Assembly (NCBI RefSeq): GCF_006345805.1
Contig: NC_043022.1
Location: forward strand, 17,608,001-17,672,000
Source of the DNA: Octopus sinensis
Taxonomy: Eukaryota
DNA: 64,000 nucleotides
Direction: 5' to 3'
Below are positions 47,901-59,909 of the stretch, in pieces. The notes under the pieces are model-generated. The model made no database searches and was not told the origin of the DNA. It was given only the letters and a program-made list of their open reading frames with translations. A program made the position numbers and the translations under genes. How positions within the stretch are numbered: position 1 is the stretch's first letter; every line of letters starts with the position of its first letter.

Positions 47901-50642
47901 CCTATCCACTCAGCTAGAAAAAGGAGGAAATAAGAAACACTTGATGGGAAAGAATTTGTTTCAGCTGCATAATTAAGTTGTGAGGTGAATATATTTGTGA
48001 CACATCATCATCGTTTAGCATCCGCTTTCCATGCTAGCATGGGTTGGACGGTTCAACTGGGGTCTAGGAAGCCAGAAGGCTGCATCAGACCCAGTTTGAT
48101 CTGGCAATGTTTCTATGGCTGGATGCCCTTCCTAATGCCAACCACTCCATGAGTGTAGTGGGTGCTTTTTACATGCCACCGGCACAGGTGCCAGATGAGT
48201 GTGGCAAACGGCCACGATCGGATGGTGCTTTTTATGTGCCACCGGCACGGGGGCCAGGCGAGGCTGGCAACGGCCACAAATGGATGGTGCTTTTTACGTG
48301 CCGATTTTGGTTTTGCACTGCTCCATTGCTATCATCGTCGTATTATTATTATTATTATTATTACTATTACTATTATTGGTTCCTGTGCCTGTGGCATGTA
48401 AAAAGCACCCACTACACTCTCAGAGTGGTTGGCATTAGGAAGGGCATCCAGCTGTAGAAACACTGCCAGAACAGATTGGAGCCTGGTGTGGCCTCCAGGC
48501 TTGCCAGTCCCTAGTCAAACCATCCAACCCATGCCAGCATGGAGAACGGGCGTTAAACAATGATTATTATTATTATTATTATCATTATTAAGGTGGGAAG
48601 CTGGCAGAATCGTTAAGCACGCTGGGCGAAATGCTTAGCAGTATTTCGTCTGCCGCTACATTCTGAGTTCAAATTCTGCCACGGCTGACTTTGCCTTTCA
48701 TCCTCTCGGGGTCAATAAAATAAGTACCAGTTTTAAGTACTGGGGTCAATGTAATTGATCATCCCCCTCCTCCACATTTCAGGCCTTGTACCTATAGACG
48801 AAAGGATTATTATTATTATTATTGCCTTTGCACAGCTTCTAATGCTGGAGATGTACTACGGTCCCAGCTGTTCGCTACCAGTGAACTAAGGTAACACCTC
48901 TTATTTTTCAAGCACCTTCCAGAGTATTCAAGCAGTTCCAAGTAGTGCTGTTTTCTGCAAGTGCTCCACCCTTATTGCAGCCCCTATTTGTTCCACATAC
49001 TTCTCAAGATTTTTACTCACTGTTTCCAGGGCTCCGACAATTATTGGTACTACTGCTACCTTTCTCATCAACCGTGGTGAGCTGGTGTAATCGTTAGCAC
49101 ACTGGATGAAATGCTTAGCAGTGTTTCACCTGTTGCTACATTCTGTGTTCAAATACTGCTGAGGTTGACTTTTCCTTTCATACTTTCGGGGTTGACAAAT
49201 TAAGTACCAGTGAAACACTGGGGTCGATATAATTGACTAGTCCCCTCCCCCAAAATTTCAAGGCCTTGTGCCTTCAGTAGAAAGGATTATTATTATTATA
49301 AATATGAATGTTGCTTTGTTTTCTTATAACTTTCAAACGAGAAAAGGAAGCATCCATAATTTTGTGATGCCTCCAAGACTGAGGGGTGGGGGACAAGAGG
49401 GAATAGATGAAGATCCCCCCCATCCCCCGAATCATGAGTTTGCTGCTAACCACTGGTTTGTTCTGTGTTTGTATTCCAGTCACTGCAAACAAAAAAGTAA
49501 AAAAACTCAAGACATTTCATTTCAGGCTCTGGGTTTGCGTTGCATTTACCAATGGCTGTTCACAGGAGAATCTCTTTCATCTGCTTTTTTTTATCCCCTG
49601 ACAAACATGGCACAAGGAAAGGGAAAGAGCAGCAGCAGATGGAACCCCAAGTTATTAGATTATTCTCAAACTGGAGATTTGGGGTTCAATGCTGACTGAA
49701 ATGGATTCAGATGGAGGCAGCTAAGAGCAAGGTGACCGTAATTGAGGAATTTTCCCGCCACCAAATGAATATATAAAAAAAACAAACAAACTGTATGCGA
49801 TGGTATTTAATCCTGCCAAGACATTGAAGAAACCTTCATAGAGTCAACTCTCCGTTCGCCTCTCTGTGGTTGTTTGCAGTCCAAAGGAAATATCGATGGC
49901 AGTTTCAGTCTGTGGCAATTGGCATTCAATATTTTTGACTTTTCAGACCTTTGAAAAAGGGTGACCTCTACGCAGTTGATGTTTGTTGGGGAAGAGTATT
50001 CTAAACGATTGATTTATTGGGGAAAATAAAATAAATTGGAAAAGTTGGGGAATGAAACATCTGCAATACTATAGATTTTGGAGGGAAAGGTTTTTGTTGT
50101 TGTTGTTGTTGTCGTTGGTAACAGTGGTGGTACTGGCCCCAGTCATCAATATCATTGTCAAAGGAGCTGTGGCCTTTGTGATAAAATGAAAAGATGGTAA
50201 GAATGAATATGATTACAAATCATTTGGGTCATTCTCATTCCAATATGGTCTACAATATTTGTGTACCTGGCACCAGAATAGATCTGGCAGCCGTGTTGTT
50301 TTGTAGATTTTACTTCAATTCTAAATTTCATTTACCATGTCTTTCCCTGTCTTTGATTCGTTCACTCACTCTCTCTTTTTTCTTTGCCCTTGTTCACCAA
50401 CAGCCGGATTTGCATCCTGCATTCCTCATCTGGATCTCTTGATAGCACTGATCGGAGCGTTTGCCAGCAGTGGATTAGCACTAATCTTTCCACCCATCAT
50501 CGAGATGATCACTTACTCTGCCGAAGGGGAACAACTAACAAAACTGACGATTGCGAAGAACATTTTCATCTTATTCATCGGTGTAACAGGGTTTGTGACA
50601 GGGACCTACACGAGTGTCAAGGAAATCATCAATGTGTTTTAA
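27269..50642 (+). CDS. SLC36A: SLC36/PAT-family proton-coupled amino acid transporter, full 9-exon CDS, 465 aa
   Basis: join(27269-27444, 28777-28867, 32747-32835, 36414-36506, 38826-38910, 39966-40241, 44143-44318, 47091-47263, 50404-50642) = 1398 nt. All introns are GT-AG and the phases 2,0,2,2,0,0,2,1 match. Motifs: [84 protein letters not shown]. The exact paralog cannot be assigned. Confidence 0.95.
27597..27864. mobile_element. hAT/Charlie-like MITE
   Basis: TIRs cagtggttctcaac / gttgaaaaccagtg (12/14). A related copy lies in the opposite orientation at about 39640-39872. Confidence 0.65.
28777..28867 (+). CDS. SLC36A: SLC36 coding exon 2 (TM1)
   Basis: Acceptor ttgcag, encodes [30 protein letters not shown], donor gtaact. 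Confidence 0.95.
30600..31245 (-). mobile_element. RTE 3'-UTR-derived element with expanded internal minisatellite
   Basis: (CAT)n tail plus gtttaacgtccgctttccatgctagcatgggttgg, as in the other RTE tails, followed by the 63-bp array. Confidence 0.8.
30773..31240. repeat. 63-bp minisatellite, about 7.3 units
   Basis: Unit starts at 30773, 30836, 30899, 30962, 31025, 31091, 31154 and 31220. The core unit carries the hairpin TGCCAG-acgagg-CTGGCA. Confidence 0.95.
32747..32835 (+). CDS. SLC36A: SLC36 coding exon 3
   Basis: Acceptor tttcag, encodes [29 protein letters not shown](R), donor gtgagc. Confidence 0.95.
36414..36506 (+). CDS. SLC36A: SLC36 coding exon 4
   Basis: Acceptor ccccag, encodes [30 protein letters not shown](R), donor gtaaga. 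Confidence 0.92.
36819..36977. repeat. 12-bp tandem repeat (ATTAGTATTACA)n, about 13 copies
   Basis: Perfect array directly upstream of a SINE copy (~36980-37200). Confidence 0.95.
38826..38910 (+). CDS. SLC36A: SLC36 coding exon 5
   Basis: Acceptor ttgcag, encodes [28 protein letters not shown], donor gtgagt. Confidence 0.95.
39966..40241 (+). CDS. SLC36A: SLC36 coding exon 6
   Basis: Acceptor tttcag, encodes VVDVF...[15 protein letters not shown]...[17 protein letters not shown], donor gtaagt. Confidence 0.95.
40652..41864 (+). mobile_element. Decayed mariner (DD34D-type) transposon
   Basis: Motifs WVPHEL (41150-41167), RIITGDEK (~41246-41269), HDNAR (~41507) and [13 protein letters not shown] (41586 onward), with many stops and frameshifts. 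TIR-like 3' end ttgctaatccaata. The 5' boundary is approximate. Confidence 0.9.
43400..43985 (-). mobile_element. RTE LINE 3' fragment
   Basis: ORF 43706-43915 reads [25 protein letters not shown]. Confidence 0.85.
44143..44318 (+). CDS. SLC36A: SLC36 coding exon 7
   Basis: Acceptor aacaag, encodes [14 protein letters not shown]...[23 protein letters not shown](W), donor gtgagt. Confidence 0.95.
44429..45341 (+). mobile_element. Internally deleted mariner element with both TIRs
   Basis: TIRs ctgggtcatcccataaataatgtggtttttt / aaaaaactgcattatttatgggatgacccaa. Flanks are TA on the left and TG on the right. Encodes FFHQDNA and [16 protein letters not shown], but the WVPHEL/TGDE segment is missing. 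Confidence 0.9.
45487..46285 (-). mobile_element. RTE LINE 3' fragment with (CAT)n tail
   Basis: ORFs 46001-46372 and 45728-45997 ([23 protein letters not shown]). Confidence 0.9.
47091..47263 (+). CDS. SLC36A: SLC36 coding exon 8
   Basis: Acceptor gtgcag, encodes [24 protein letters not shown]...[10 protein letters not shown], donor gtaagt. Confidence 0.95.
48003..48562. mobile_element. Two RTE-tail elements in opposite orientation
   Basis: A minus copy at about 48003-48302 and a plus copy at about 48378-48562, separated by (ATT)n. Confidence 0.8.
48592..48823 (+). mobile_element. Nin-like tRNA SINE, well-preserved copy
   Basis: A box tggcagaatcgtt, B box gagttcaaatt (48665-48675), central gcctttcatcctctcggggtcaataaaataagtacc and an (ATT)n tail. 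Another copy at about 49073-49298. Confidence 0.85.
48824..49072 (-). mobile_element. R4/Dong-type extreme 3' fragment
   Basis: Minus frame reads [29 protein letters not shown]...[10 protein letters not shown]. Its 3' end abuts the (ATT)n tail of the SINE. Confidence 0.75.
50404..50642 (+). CDS. SLC36A: SLC36 terminal coding exon 9
   Basis: Acceptor caacag, encodes [33 protein letters not shown]...[13 protein letters not shown], stop TAA. Confidence 0.95.
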
Positions 50643-50939
50643 ACTGCAGACATTCAAATTGTACATATGCTCAATGACCGTGTGCAGTCATGCATACATC
50701 TGCATGCATGGGTCTCACATGCAACATAGATCCGTTCATGCAGAGATATTGACAAATATGCTCATAATTTTTGTGAATTATGTGAACATACACACGTGTG
50801 CATGCACTCATGTGCACGTTGATAAATCTGTAACTATTTTTTAATGAGTAAAATGTATGCATGCAAATGATTTATGTGTGTGTATATATGTGTGTGTGTG
50901 TATATATATATATACACACACACATATATATACACACAT

Positions 50940-51109
50940 ATACATACACACATATAATCAATATGTGTGTGTGTTGTGCATATGTGTTTGTATAAACATA
51001 TAGAAACTTTTAAATATATGAAATATATTTTTAAAATATATACTTGTATATATATATATTATTTTTATAATATGTAGTGTGTGTATATGTGTATGTGAGT
51101 GTGTGTGTG

Positions 51110-51169
<60 letters not shown>

Positions 51170-51668
51170 TACGTACATACATACATATACACACATATAC
51201 ATATGTATGAAAAGATGTGTGTATGTATACACACACACATATATATACACACACACATATATACATATATTTATGCAGACATATATATATATATAGTATT
51301 CGTTTTATTCTTTTTCTTGTTTCAGTAATTTGACTGCGGCCATGCTGGAGCACTGCCTTTATAACTATATATATATAGAGAGAGAGAGCATATTTAGAAA
51401 TATTTATAGATATCATATATTTATAAATATATACATGTGTGTATATGTATTCATGTGTGTATATATATATATACACACACACATATATATACACACATAT
51501 ACATACACACATATAATCAATATGTGTGTGTGTTGTGCATATGTGTTTGTATAAACATATAGAAACTTTTAAATATATGAAATATATTTTTAAAATATAT
51601 ACTTGTATATATATATATTATTTTTATAATATGTAGTGTGTGTATATGTGTATGTGAGTGTGTGTGTG

Positions 51669-51728
<60 letters not shown>

Positions 51729-51995
51729 TACGTACATACATACATATACACACATATACATATGTATGAAAAGATGTGTGTATGTATACACACACACACA
51801 TATATACATATATTTATGCAGACATATATATATATATAGTATTCGTTTTATTCTTTTTCTTGTTTCAGTAATTTGACTGCGGCCATGCTGGAGCACTGCC
51901 TTTATAACTATATATATATAGAGAGAGAGAGCATATTTAGAAATATTTATAGATATCATATATTTATAAATATATACATGTGTGTATATGTATTC

Positions 51996-52010
<15 letters not shown>
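50940..52010. repeat. Tandem duplication (about 543-559 bp period) of TA/CA-rich sequence
   Basis: catataatca occurs at 50951 and 51510. The SINE-tail segment ttgactgcggccatgctggagc occurs at 51330 and 51873. Confidence 0.9.
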
Positions 52011-52058
<48 letters not shown>

Positions 52059-52091
52059 CATACATATATACATACATACATACGTACATAC

Positions 52092-52167
<76 letters not shown>

Positions 52168-52351
52168 CACATATATATATATATACATACATATATATGT
52201 GCATATGTTGTATCTATGTGGTTGTGTGTATGTGTATATATATATATACATACATATATACATACATATATACATACATACATATATATGTGCATATGTT
52301 GTATCTATGTGGTTGTGTGTATGTGTATATATATATATTATATATATATAT

Positions 52352-52818
52352 ATATTGTTATATTTCGGAATGGTCATATTGCCAGTTTAGCCAATAAAAA
52401 CACACGCACTATATATTTGGTGTTATTTTGCTTCAGTGATATTTATTTTTTACATTAATCTTAATCTTATTTCGACCAGAGTTCTTTCGTCACCCTCCTG
52501 TGACCGCATCAGTGGTCCTTTGTTTTCTTCTTTCGTATTTGTGTCTCTCCTTACTAACCGTCAGCCATTTTGTATTTCTATTGTATGTCTTCATTTGCGC
52601 ATGCTTATATCTCTATGTGTGTCTATGTTTATTTAGTGTGTGTGTGGGGGGGATGCCTGTAATATTTGTATCTTCTGTTTATATACATTCATGGCCGAAA
52701 TAAGATTAAGATTAATGTAAAAAATAAATATCACTGAAGCAAAATAACACCAAATATATAGTGCGTGTGTTTTTATTGGCTAAACTGGCAATATGACCAT
52801 TCCGAAATATAACAATAT
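52352..52818. mobile_element. Fold-back cassette with perfect 123-bp inverted arms (52352-52474 / 52696-52818), probable Penelope pLTR remnant
   Basis: The arms are exact reverse complements by eye. A hammerhead-like motif abuts the left arm, and the cassette sits in (TA)n. Confidence 0.8.
52474..52517 (-). ncRNA. Minimal type I hammerhead-like motif (variant core), copy 1
   Basis: Minus strand reads GACCA-CUGAUGcg-GUCAC aggagg GUGAC-GAAA-G aa C-UC-UGGUC. Stems I and II are perfect 5-bp helices and stem III is minimal. Conserved A9 is replaced by CG. Confidence 0.65.
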
Positions 52819-52871
52819 CTGTTTCAACACACTACTTCACATAAAAAATCTTGCACAACAAATATTTAAAC

Positions 52872-52917
<46 letters not shown>

Positions 52918-52918
52918 T

Positions 52919-52948
<30 letters not shown>

Positions 52949-52956
<8 letters not shown>

Positions 52957-53415
52957 ATATTTCGGAATGGTCATATTGCCAGTTTAGCCAATAAAAACAC
53001 ACGCACTATATATTTGGTGTTATTTTGCTTCAGTGATATTTATTTTTTACATTAATCTTAATCTTATTTCGACCAGAGTTCTTTCGTCACCCTCCTGTGA
53101 CCGCATCAGTGGTCCTTTGTTTTCTTCTTTCGTATTTGTGTCTCTCCTTACTAACCGTCAGCCATTTTGTATTTCTATTGTATGTCTTCATTTGCGCATG
53201 CTTATATCTCTATGTGTGTCTATGTTTATTTAGTGTGTGTGTGGGGGGGATGCCTGTAATATTTGTATCTTCTGTTTATATACATTCATGGCCGAAATAA
53301 GATTAAGATTAATGTAAAAAATAAATATCACTGAAGCAAAATAACACCAAATATATAGTGCGTGTGTTTTTATTGGCTAAACTGGCAATATGACCATTCC
53401 GAAATATAACAATAT
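52949..53415. mobile_element. Identical second copy of the fold-back cassette (offset 597 bp)
   Basis: Sequence identical to 52352-52818. Arms at 52949-53071 and 53293-53415. Confidence 0.85.
53071..53114 (-). ncRNA. Minimal type I hammerhead-like motif (variant core), copy 2
   Basis: Identical to 52474-52517. Confidence 0.65.
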
Positions 53416-53477
53416 CTGTTTCAACACACTACTTCACATAAAAAATCTTGCACAACAAATATTTAAACGTATATATA

Positions 53478-53522
<45 letters not shown>

Positions 53523-55267
53523 CATATATATGTGCATATGTTTGTATCTATGTGGTTGTGTGTATGTGTATGTATGTATATGTTTGTATGAATGTATATA
53601 TACATACGTATGTATGTATACACACACACACACATATAATATATACAGGAAACCACCTCCAGCCCACATCATCCCAAATATTCTCATGCACATAATTTCA
53701 CCAAACAAGCAAATATGTGTGTGTTTGTGTGTTACATATATGTATGTGCGTGTATGTATATGTATAAGTAATATATAGTTATTATATATAAATATGTATA
53801 TATATGAGTGTGTATGTATATATGTGTAATATATATATTTATATTTATATATAGAGGCTATATATGGTTATAATGAAACTGACAAGATATAATTTGTCCT
53901 ATAATTCCTTATAACATCATTGTCAAAAGCAAATCTTCGAGTTGCTGTGGTCTTTGCACTAAAAATATGCAATTTTCATTGGTAAAGTCATCTGCAAATT
54001 GGAATTTATTCATCAATTTATCAAACACTAATGAGACTGAAAATATTCTAAATGTGGCCATCCTGTCTTGTTTTTTTAATGGAAACTGCATTTTCTTTTC
54101 CACAACTTCCTACTGTAAGCATTCTATCTTTTTGAAATTTTTTTCCTTTGGAATAGTTAGCCATTCCAACTATGGCCATCTTGTCTTTTATCAATTTCAA
54201 ATCTCATCTGATATTGATTTCAAATTTTGGCACAAGGCCTTTATTTTCAGGGGATGGAGTAAGTCCCATTACATTAAACCCCAGAGTTTAACTTGAAAGT
54301 TGGAAAGGCAGAGTCAAGCTCTGCAAAATTTCAGCTGATGTTGCAACGATTTGGACTGAAAAATAAGACAACACAAATCAGAGTTTAATATAATCAATAA
54401 AATTAAGATAGCAAACTGGCAGAATCATTAGCAGGTTGCACAAAATGCTTAGCAGCCTTTCATCAGTTTTTACAAATTCCACTGAAGTCGACTTTACCTT
54501 TCAACCTTTTGAGTTGAACTTGCCAGGGTTGAAGTAATTGATTTACCCCTCCCTTGAAATTGCTGGCCTTGTACCAAAATTTGAAACTAATGCAATAAAT
54601 TAAATTTCTGAAGAATCACTTCTTAGTTGGCCTCTGACCATTTCCCATCAATCCATCCAACATATTCTGACTATTCATTTAAAAAATTTTTTTTTTTTAA
54701 TCAACAAAAGGTACAGGCCCAGGTGTGACTGTGTAGTCCAAACATGTGATCTTGGGTTCTTTCCCACTGCACAGCACCTTAGGCAAGTGTCTTCTACTAC
54801 AGCCCTGGACTGGCCAAAGCCTTGTCAATGGATTTCGTAGACAGAAACTGAACAGAAGCCTATTCTGTGTGTGTGTATCTTTGCTTTGACATTATTGTAG
54901 TAAACAAGCATTACTGTCTTACAAGTTGTTTCCAGTCTTCTTTGAAAGACGTATCTGGTGGTGGTGGAAATGTTCTTTTGCTTGAAAACAAGTGACTGTT
55001 GGTGACAGGGAGAGCATCCGGCCATAGAAAATCTGTTTCAATAAATTCCGTCTGACCCATGCAAACATGGAAAAGTGGATGTTAAATGATGATGATTTAG
55101 TACAATGACAGATTCCTTTGTACTCTGCTCCATTTTTTGTTGAATCCTGTCGTTTTCTGTATTCTTTTGCAAGGCAGCAATGGTTTCTATTGTGATATTT
55201 CATAAAGTGATTTTATGATGTGGATTCCTGTCATGCTGAAATAATTCATCTTAAATTTGTTTTGTCA

Positions 55268-55645
55268 GGTGTGGCTGTGTGGTTAGAAGCTTGCTTCCCA
55301 ACCACATGGCTCTGGGTTCAGTTCCACTGCATGGCACCTTGGACAAGTGTCTTCCACTACAGCCCTGGTCTAACCAAAGCCTTGTGAATGGATTTGGTAG
55401 ACAGAAACTGAACAGAAGCCTGTTGTGTGTGTGTGTGTGTTTGTTCTCCACCACCACTTGACAATCAGAGTTAGTGTGCTTGCATCCCCGTAACTTAGCA
55501 GATCAGCAGAAGAGACCGATAGAATAAGTATCAGGCTTTTTAAAAAATCAATAAATACTGGGTTCCGTTCAACTAAGATGTCTTTCGGGTAGTGCCCCAG
55601 CATGGCCATAGTCCAATGAGACTGAAACAAGTGAAAGCTAGAAGA
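55268..55645 (+). mobile_element. tRNA-derived CORE-like SINE, near full length
   Basis: Contains gtggctgtgtggttaga (A box-like), gggttcagttcc (B box-like), ggcaccttggacaagtg, (TG)n and the tail cagcatggccatagtccaatgagactgaaacaagt. Confidence 0.8.
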
Positions 55646-57399
55646 TACATTGTATCAAATTTTGATTGGTGTTGTTTATATTGGAATTGAAAAAAGGAGG
55701 GATGGTCACGACAGGAAACATTTTTTAAAAGCTGCTCCAAAGTGATATGTGTTTGTTCTTGATGTTTCGTAAATTGATGGACAATGTTCCTTTGTAATGA
55801 AATTCATTGCAACAAGACTCTTTTACTGATGTTCCGAATAAGATTTTGGCTGCAAATTTAATTCTACTGAACTGAATTATTTGGTTTGTTGGTTTTCATT
55901 ATTATAAAATTTTGTGTATATATGTGTAAATGTGTGTGTATCTGAGTGTAAATCTGTTTATAAGTATGTGTGTGTGTGTATGCATGAAGATGTGTTTATA
56001 CATACATATGTGTGTGCATTGTGTGAGTTTACATGTTATAGTAAACAGATGCGGTGCTCAAACGATTGAAATTTTTATCGAAGACTAAGTTTGCAGGATA
56101 AAGAATGGTTATAAGAGGAATCCAGATGAGCTGATGTGAAGGTAAAGATGTAAATAAACAAATAAAGCTGTTTGGGATTGATATGTGTGTGTGTGTGTGT
56201 GTGTTTATATCTATATATATATGAATTTTGAAAAACAGGCAATATATTTCAGGCAAAAGAACCAAATCAAACCAAAATAATAATTCCCAAAACTGGCTGA
56301 AGATTGGAGAAATGTAATGGTTGTGTGTGTGTGTGTGTGTTGAGAAGAAAAAGCAAATTAAAATGAATGATTTTTTCTGATACATAAAACAATAACAAAT
56401 ATAAAACAAGAAATATAATGACAAAGTATTATAAAATCCATTTTTTAAAAATTCAGGTGGCGAGTTCTTTTATTTATTTTTTTTTTCTGAATATTTTTTT
56501 AACTAAATGAAATTGAAAAAAATTCTGTTTATTCTTTAATTATTTCATTTTTTATTACATTTTTTTCCCCATATTTATTACCATCATCACCATCATCACT
56601 ACCATCAGTTTTAATTTTGTTATAGTTACATTGGATTTGTAATGACCTTAACAGATTAAATGTCTAAAATTTGTTTAGGTTTATCTCTTACACATCCTCT
56701 GCTGAAATCACACTAAGATAGACTTTGTATCCTTTTCTCAGTATTTGTGGATTTGTGCCTGAGTTATAAATCTCTATTATTATTAAGGTGGCAAGCTGAT
56801 AGCCACCAAGTTTGCCCTTCATCCTTTCACACATGATTAAATAAGTACCAGTTGACCTCTTGGGATTGATCTAATCAATTTACTTCCTCCCCTCAAAAAC
56901 TGATGGCCTTCTGCTGAAATTTGATACCGTTATTATTATTATTATTAACTTTTAATCTGAATGTTTGTTACAGCCACTTGCTGAGACACAGCCAGTGTCC
57001 TAGAGTGAATGAAGGTATTTTATAAAGTACCATGGCAATGGATGTGTGGTGTGAAAAGTTAAAGGCTAGGATAAAAATAAACCAGAACAATCTGGCTGAA
57101 TATGAGGCAGTCATGATGTGCATATAACAGTAATAATAATAATAATAATAATAATATCATTAATAAAATTTATTGATAAAAGTTGTAAATGAAATTTATA
57201 GTAGGATGTGTTGGCAAGTGATGGAGAATAAATGAACGATGGCAAATTAAATGAAAATCATGTGTGAATCCTCAAACTGCCAGCAAGCCATGGCTCAATA
57301 TTTCTCATTCCTCACAGGTACAAAAGTCATCAAACAGCAACAAACAAACAACATTAACTACTGAGAATTCCCCCACCCCTCTTCCTCACAGTCCCAAAA

Positions 57400-58140
57400 C
57401 TTTAGGATTGTAGTCATTGATGTTAGTATGATGAGAGGAAGGTCTGGTGAGGTTGTGGAGAGACTGGAGTAAAGGTGAATGAATGTTTGTTGTGAGTCAA
57501 GATTTGGAGGGAAAGGATTCTCTGCCAAACTTCTCACAAACAAGAAAAGACAAAATATATTTCTTCTGGGTGAGTAAAAGCGATGAGGGTGGTTGGCTGG
57601 ACATGTTGTTAGGTGAGAAATGGATTGATAAAGGAACTGAGATGTTTAGGATGTGGGATAAGTTGAGATGAGACTAGTTACAGGCAACATTAATCCCTGC
57701 ATGTGCTCCCCAGGCTTGTTTGAGGGGAAGAACAGAAGGGCTGTTCCTCTCAGATCCTCCTGTACACTACAAGAACTTCATTATTGTGGCTGGTGACTTC
57801 AACAGACACGTAGGTCAACATGATGATGACTTCCATGACACAGAGGGAGGCTATGGTTATGGTACAAGAAATGTGGTGGGTGTAAGGCTCCTGAGTTCTG
57901 TGATACAATGGATCTAACAATTTGCAAAATACATTTTAGGAAACCAGTCAACCATTTCATCAGGAAATGGGACAGAGGGACTATTATAAATGCCAAAACT
58001 TCTCCAAGCAGCACTCAGACTAGTGGCTTAAGACCTGAGTCAGAGCCTGGCAGACAATGATATAGAGAAGGAAAACATGGAAAAGAATCTGCAGTTCGGA
58101 ACAGGTTTAGAGAAATTCTAATTGACAGGTATTACAGAAG
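57400..58140 (+). mobile_element. Decayed LINE AP-endonuclease region (RTE-like)
   Basis: ORF 57720-57917 contains IIVAGDFNRHVG...GGYGYGTRN..G.RLL. Boundaries are approximate. Confidence 0.7.
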
Positions 58141-58840
58141 GGAAGAGAATTTAGACACCTATTGCATTTATGACAATTGGGAATGTCTGTATATATATAT
58201 ATATGACAAGAAATAATTTTTGCCTCTTCTTATGGAGACAAAAGGGTTTATATATATATATATATGTATGTGTGTGTATACGTTTGTGTTTGTCCCCCTA
58301 ACATCACTTGACAACCGACGCTGGTATGTTTACGTCCCCTTGCGATTTGGCAAAAAAGGCCGATAAAATAAGTACTAGGCTTACAAAGGATAAGTCCTGG
58401 GCTTGATTTGCTCGACTAAAAGCGGCGCTCCAACATGACCGCAGTCAAATGACTGAAACAAGTAAAAGACAAACGTGTCTACTTCAAAATTATTCTTAAC
58501 CTTACATGATTCTCTCCCTTTCCATACTTTTTTTTTTTTCAAATACACTGAAAGAAAAATTGAACCTAATTGTGTGAGTGTACATATAGATGCGTGTGTA
58601 TATATGTATATATATATGTATGTGTGTGCCTATTTATAAGCACGCCTTTTGCATTCTTATAATTTATTTCCACTAAAATAATTCTCTCTCCTTCTTATAA
58701 TAAGTTTTACATAGAACTAAATGAAACACTTTCCCAGTATACGTGTGTATGAAGAGACTCACACATGTATAACACGTGTGAACGTATGTCTGTATATGTA
58801 TATATGTGTGCATGTGTGGGTATGAGCACAAGCACCTGAG

Positions 58841-59876
58841 TGGGATCTTTTCATTTTGATGGACGGAATTTCTAGTTAACTAAACCATTTGAAACTTCGT
58901 ATACTGGTAGAATGTGTGAAATGCTGGCATTTCATTGGTTAAAATTCGAAGAATTAAACTACGTTAAACTTACAAATTACAATTTTCTCAAAAAGGCCAA
59001 GTGAAAATAATGTTTACTTTTCACACATACTACCAGTATACGAAGTTTCAAATTGTTTAGTTAACTGTGTATGTATATATGTATAAAAGTGTACAAGTAT
59101 ATTTTGATAGGTTTCGGACAGTATTGGCCGAGGCCATGTCTAACTTAAAAGCACCACCTGGCAAAGACATTCAAATCAGGAATCGGACAACATGGCCCAC
59201 TCAAGTAGAGAGTTATTGTTTACGGACACATCCGGGTGTAGGAGGGTTTATCCGGGATATTTGAAAGGAATTTGAAGGAAAGACTTCTTGAACTTCATGG
59301 CCAGTAATAAAATAATAGGGGAAAAAGTCACAAGTTTGGCTAGGAAAAAAAGTCACAATTAATTTTTTTTTATCTGGATTCGATTTAAAAGCGTGAGAGG
59401 CGTTCAATTAAAACAAATTAAAACTCAAGCAAGCGGATTTCAATATTCTGCAGATTCATCCACGCAGTCCAAACAAATTTATAAATGAAAAATACATAAC
59501 TTCCGAACAAATAAACGGATTTTCATGCAACCTTCAACATTCTTTTCCTCATTGAATAATAAACAATACTAGAATGAGTATTGACATAAATTGCATAGTT
59601 TTAGTGCTATTGTAAAAAATTTTACTAAAATTCCCCATTTTCGGATTTTATGGGGATGAGGGAGTATTCTAGTAAAAATGTATAGCAAGATTATAAACCT
59701 CAGACATTTTCAATTTCCACAATTTTATTTTATTTTCACTCCACCCTAGTGTTTATGCATACATATATGTAGGCATATCTATCTACATATCTTATATATC
59801 TCTGTCTGCTGGTACGTATAGCCACATATGTATGTTTAGGGGATGAGTGTGTGTGTATGTATGTGCACGAGGGAAC

Positions 59877-59909
<33 letters not shown>

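Noticed and set aside
52352-52818. DNA-transposon MITE interpretation of the 123-bp inverted repeat
   Set aside because: Not excluded. The arm ends at a hammerhead stem and no distinct TSD is visible, which fits an inverted PLE pLTR better.
50958-53778. Many overlapping ORFs rich in Y, I, H, T, C and V
   Set aside because: They are translations of (TA)n, (CA)n and (TG)n microsatellites.
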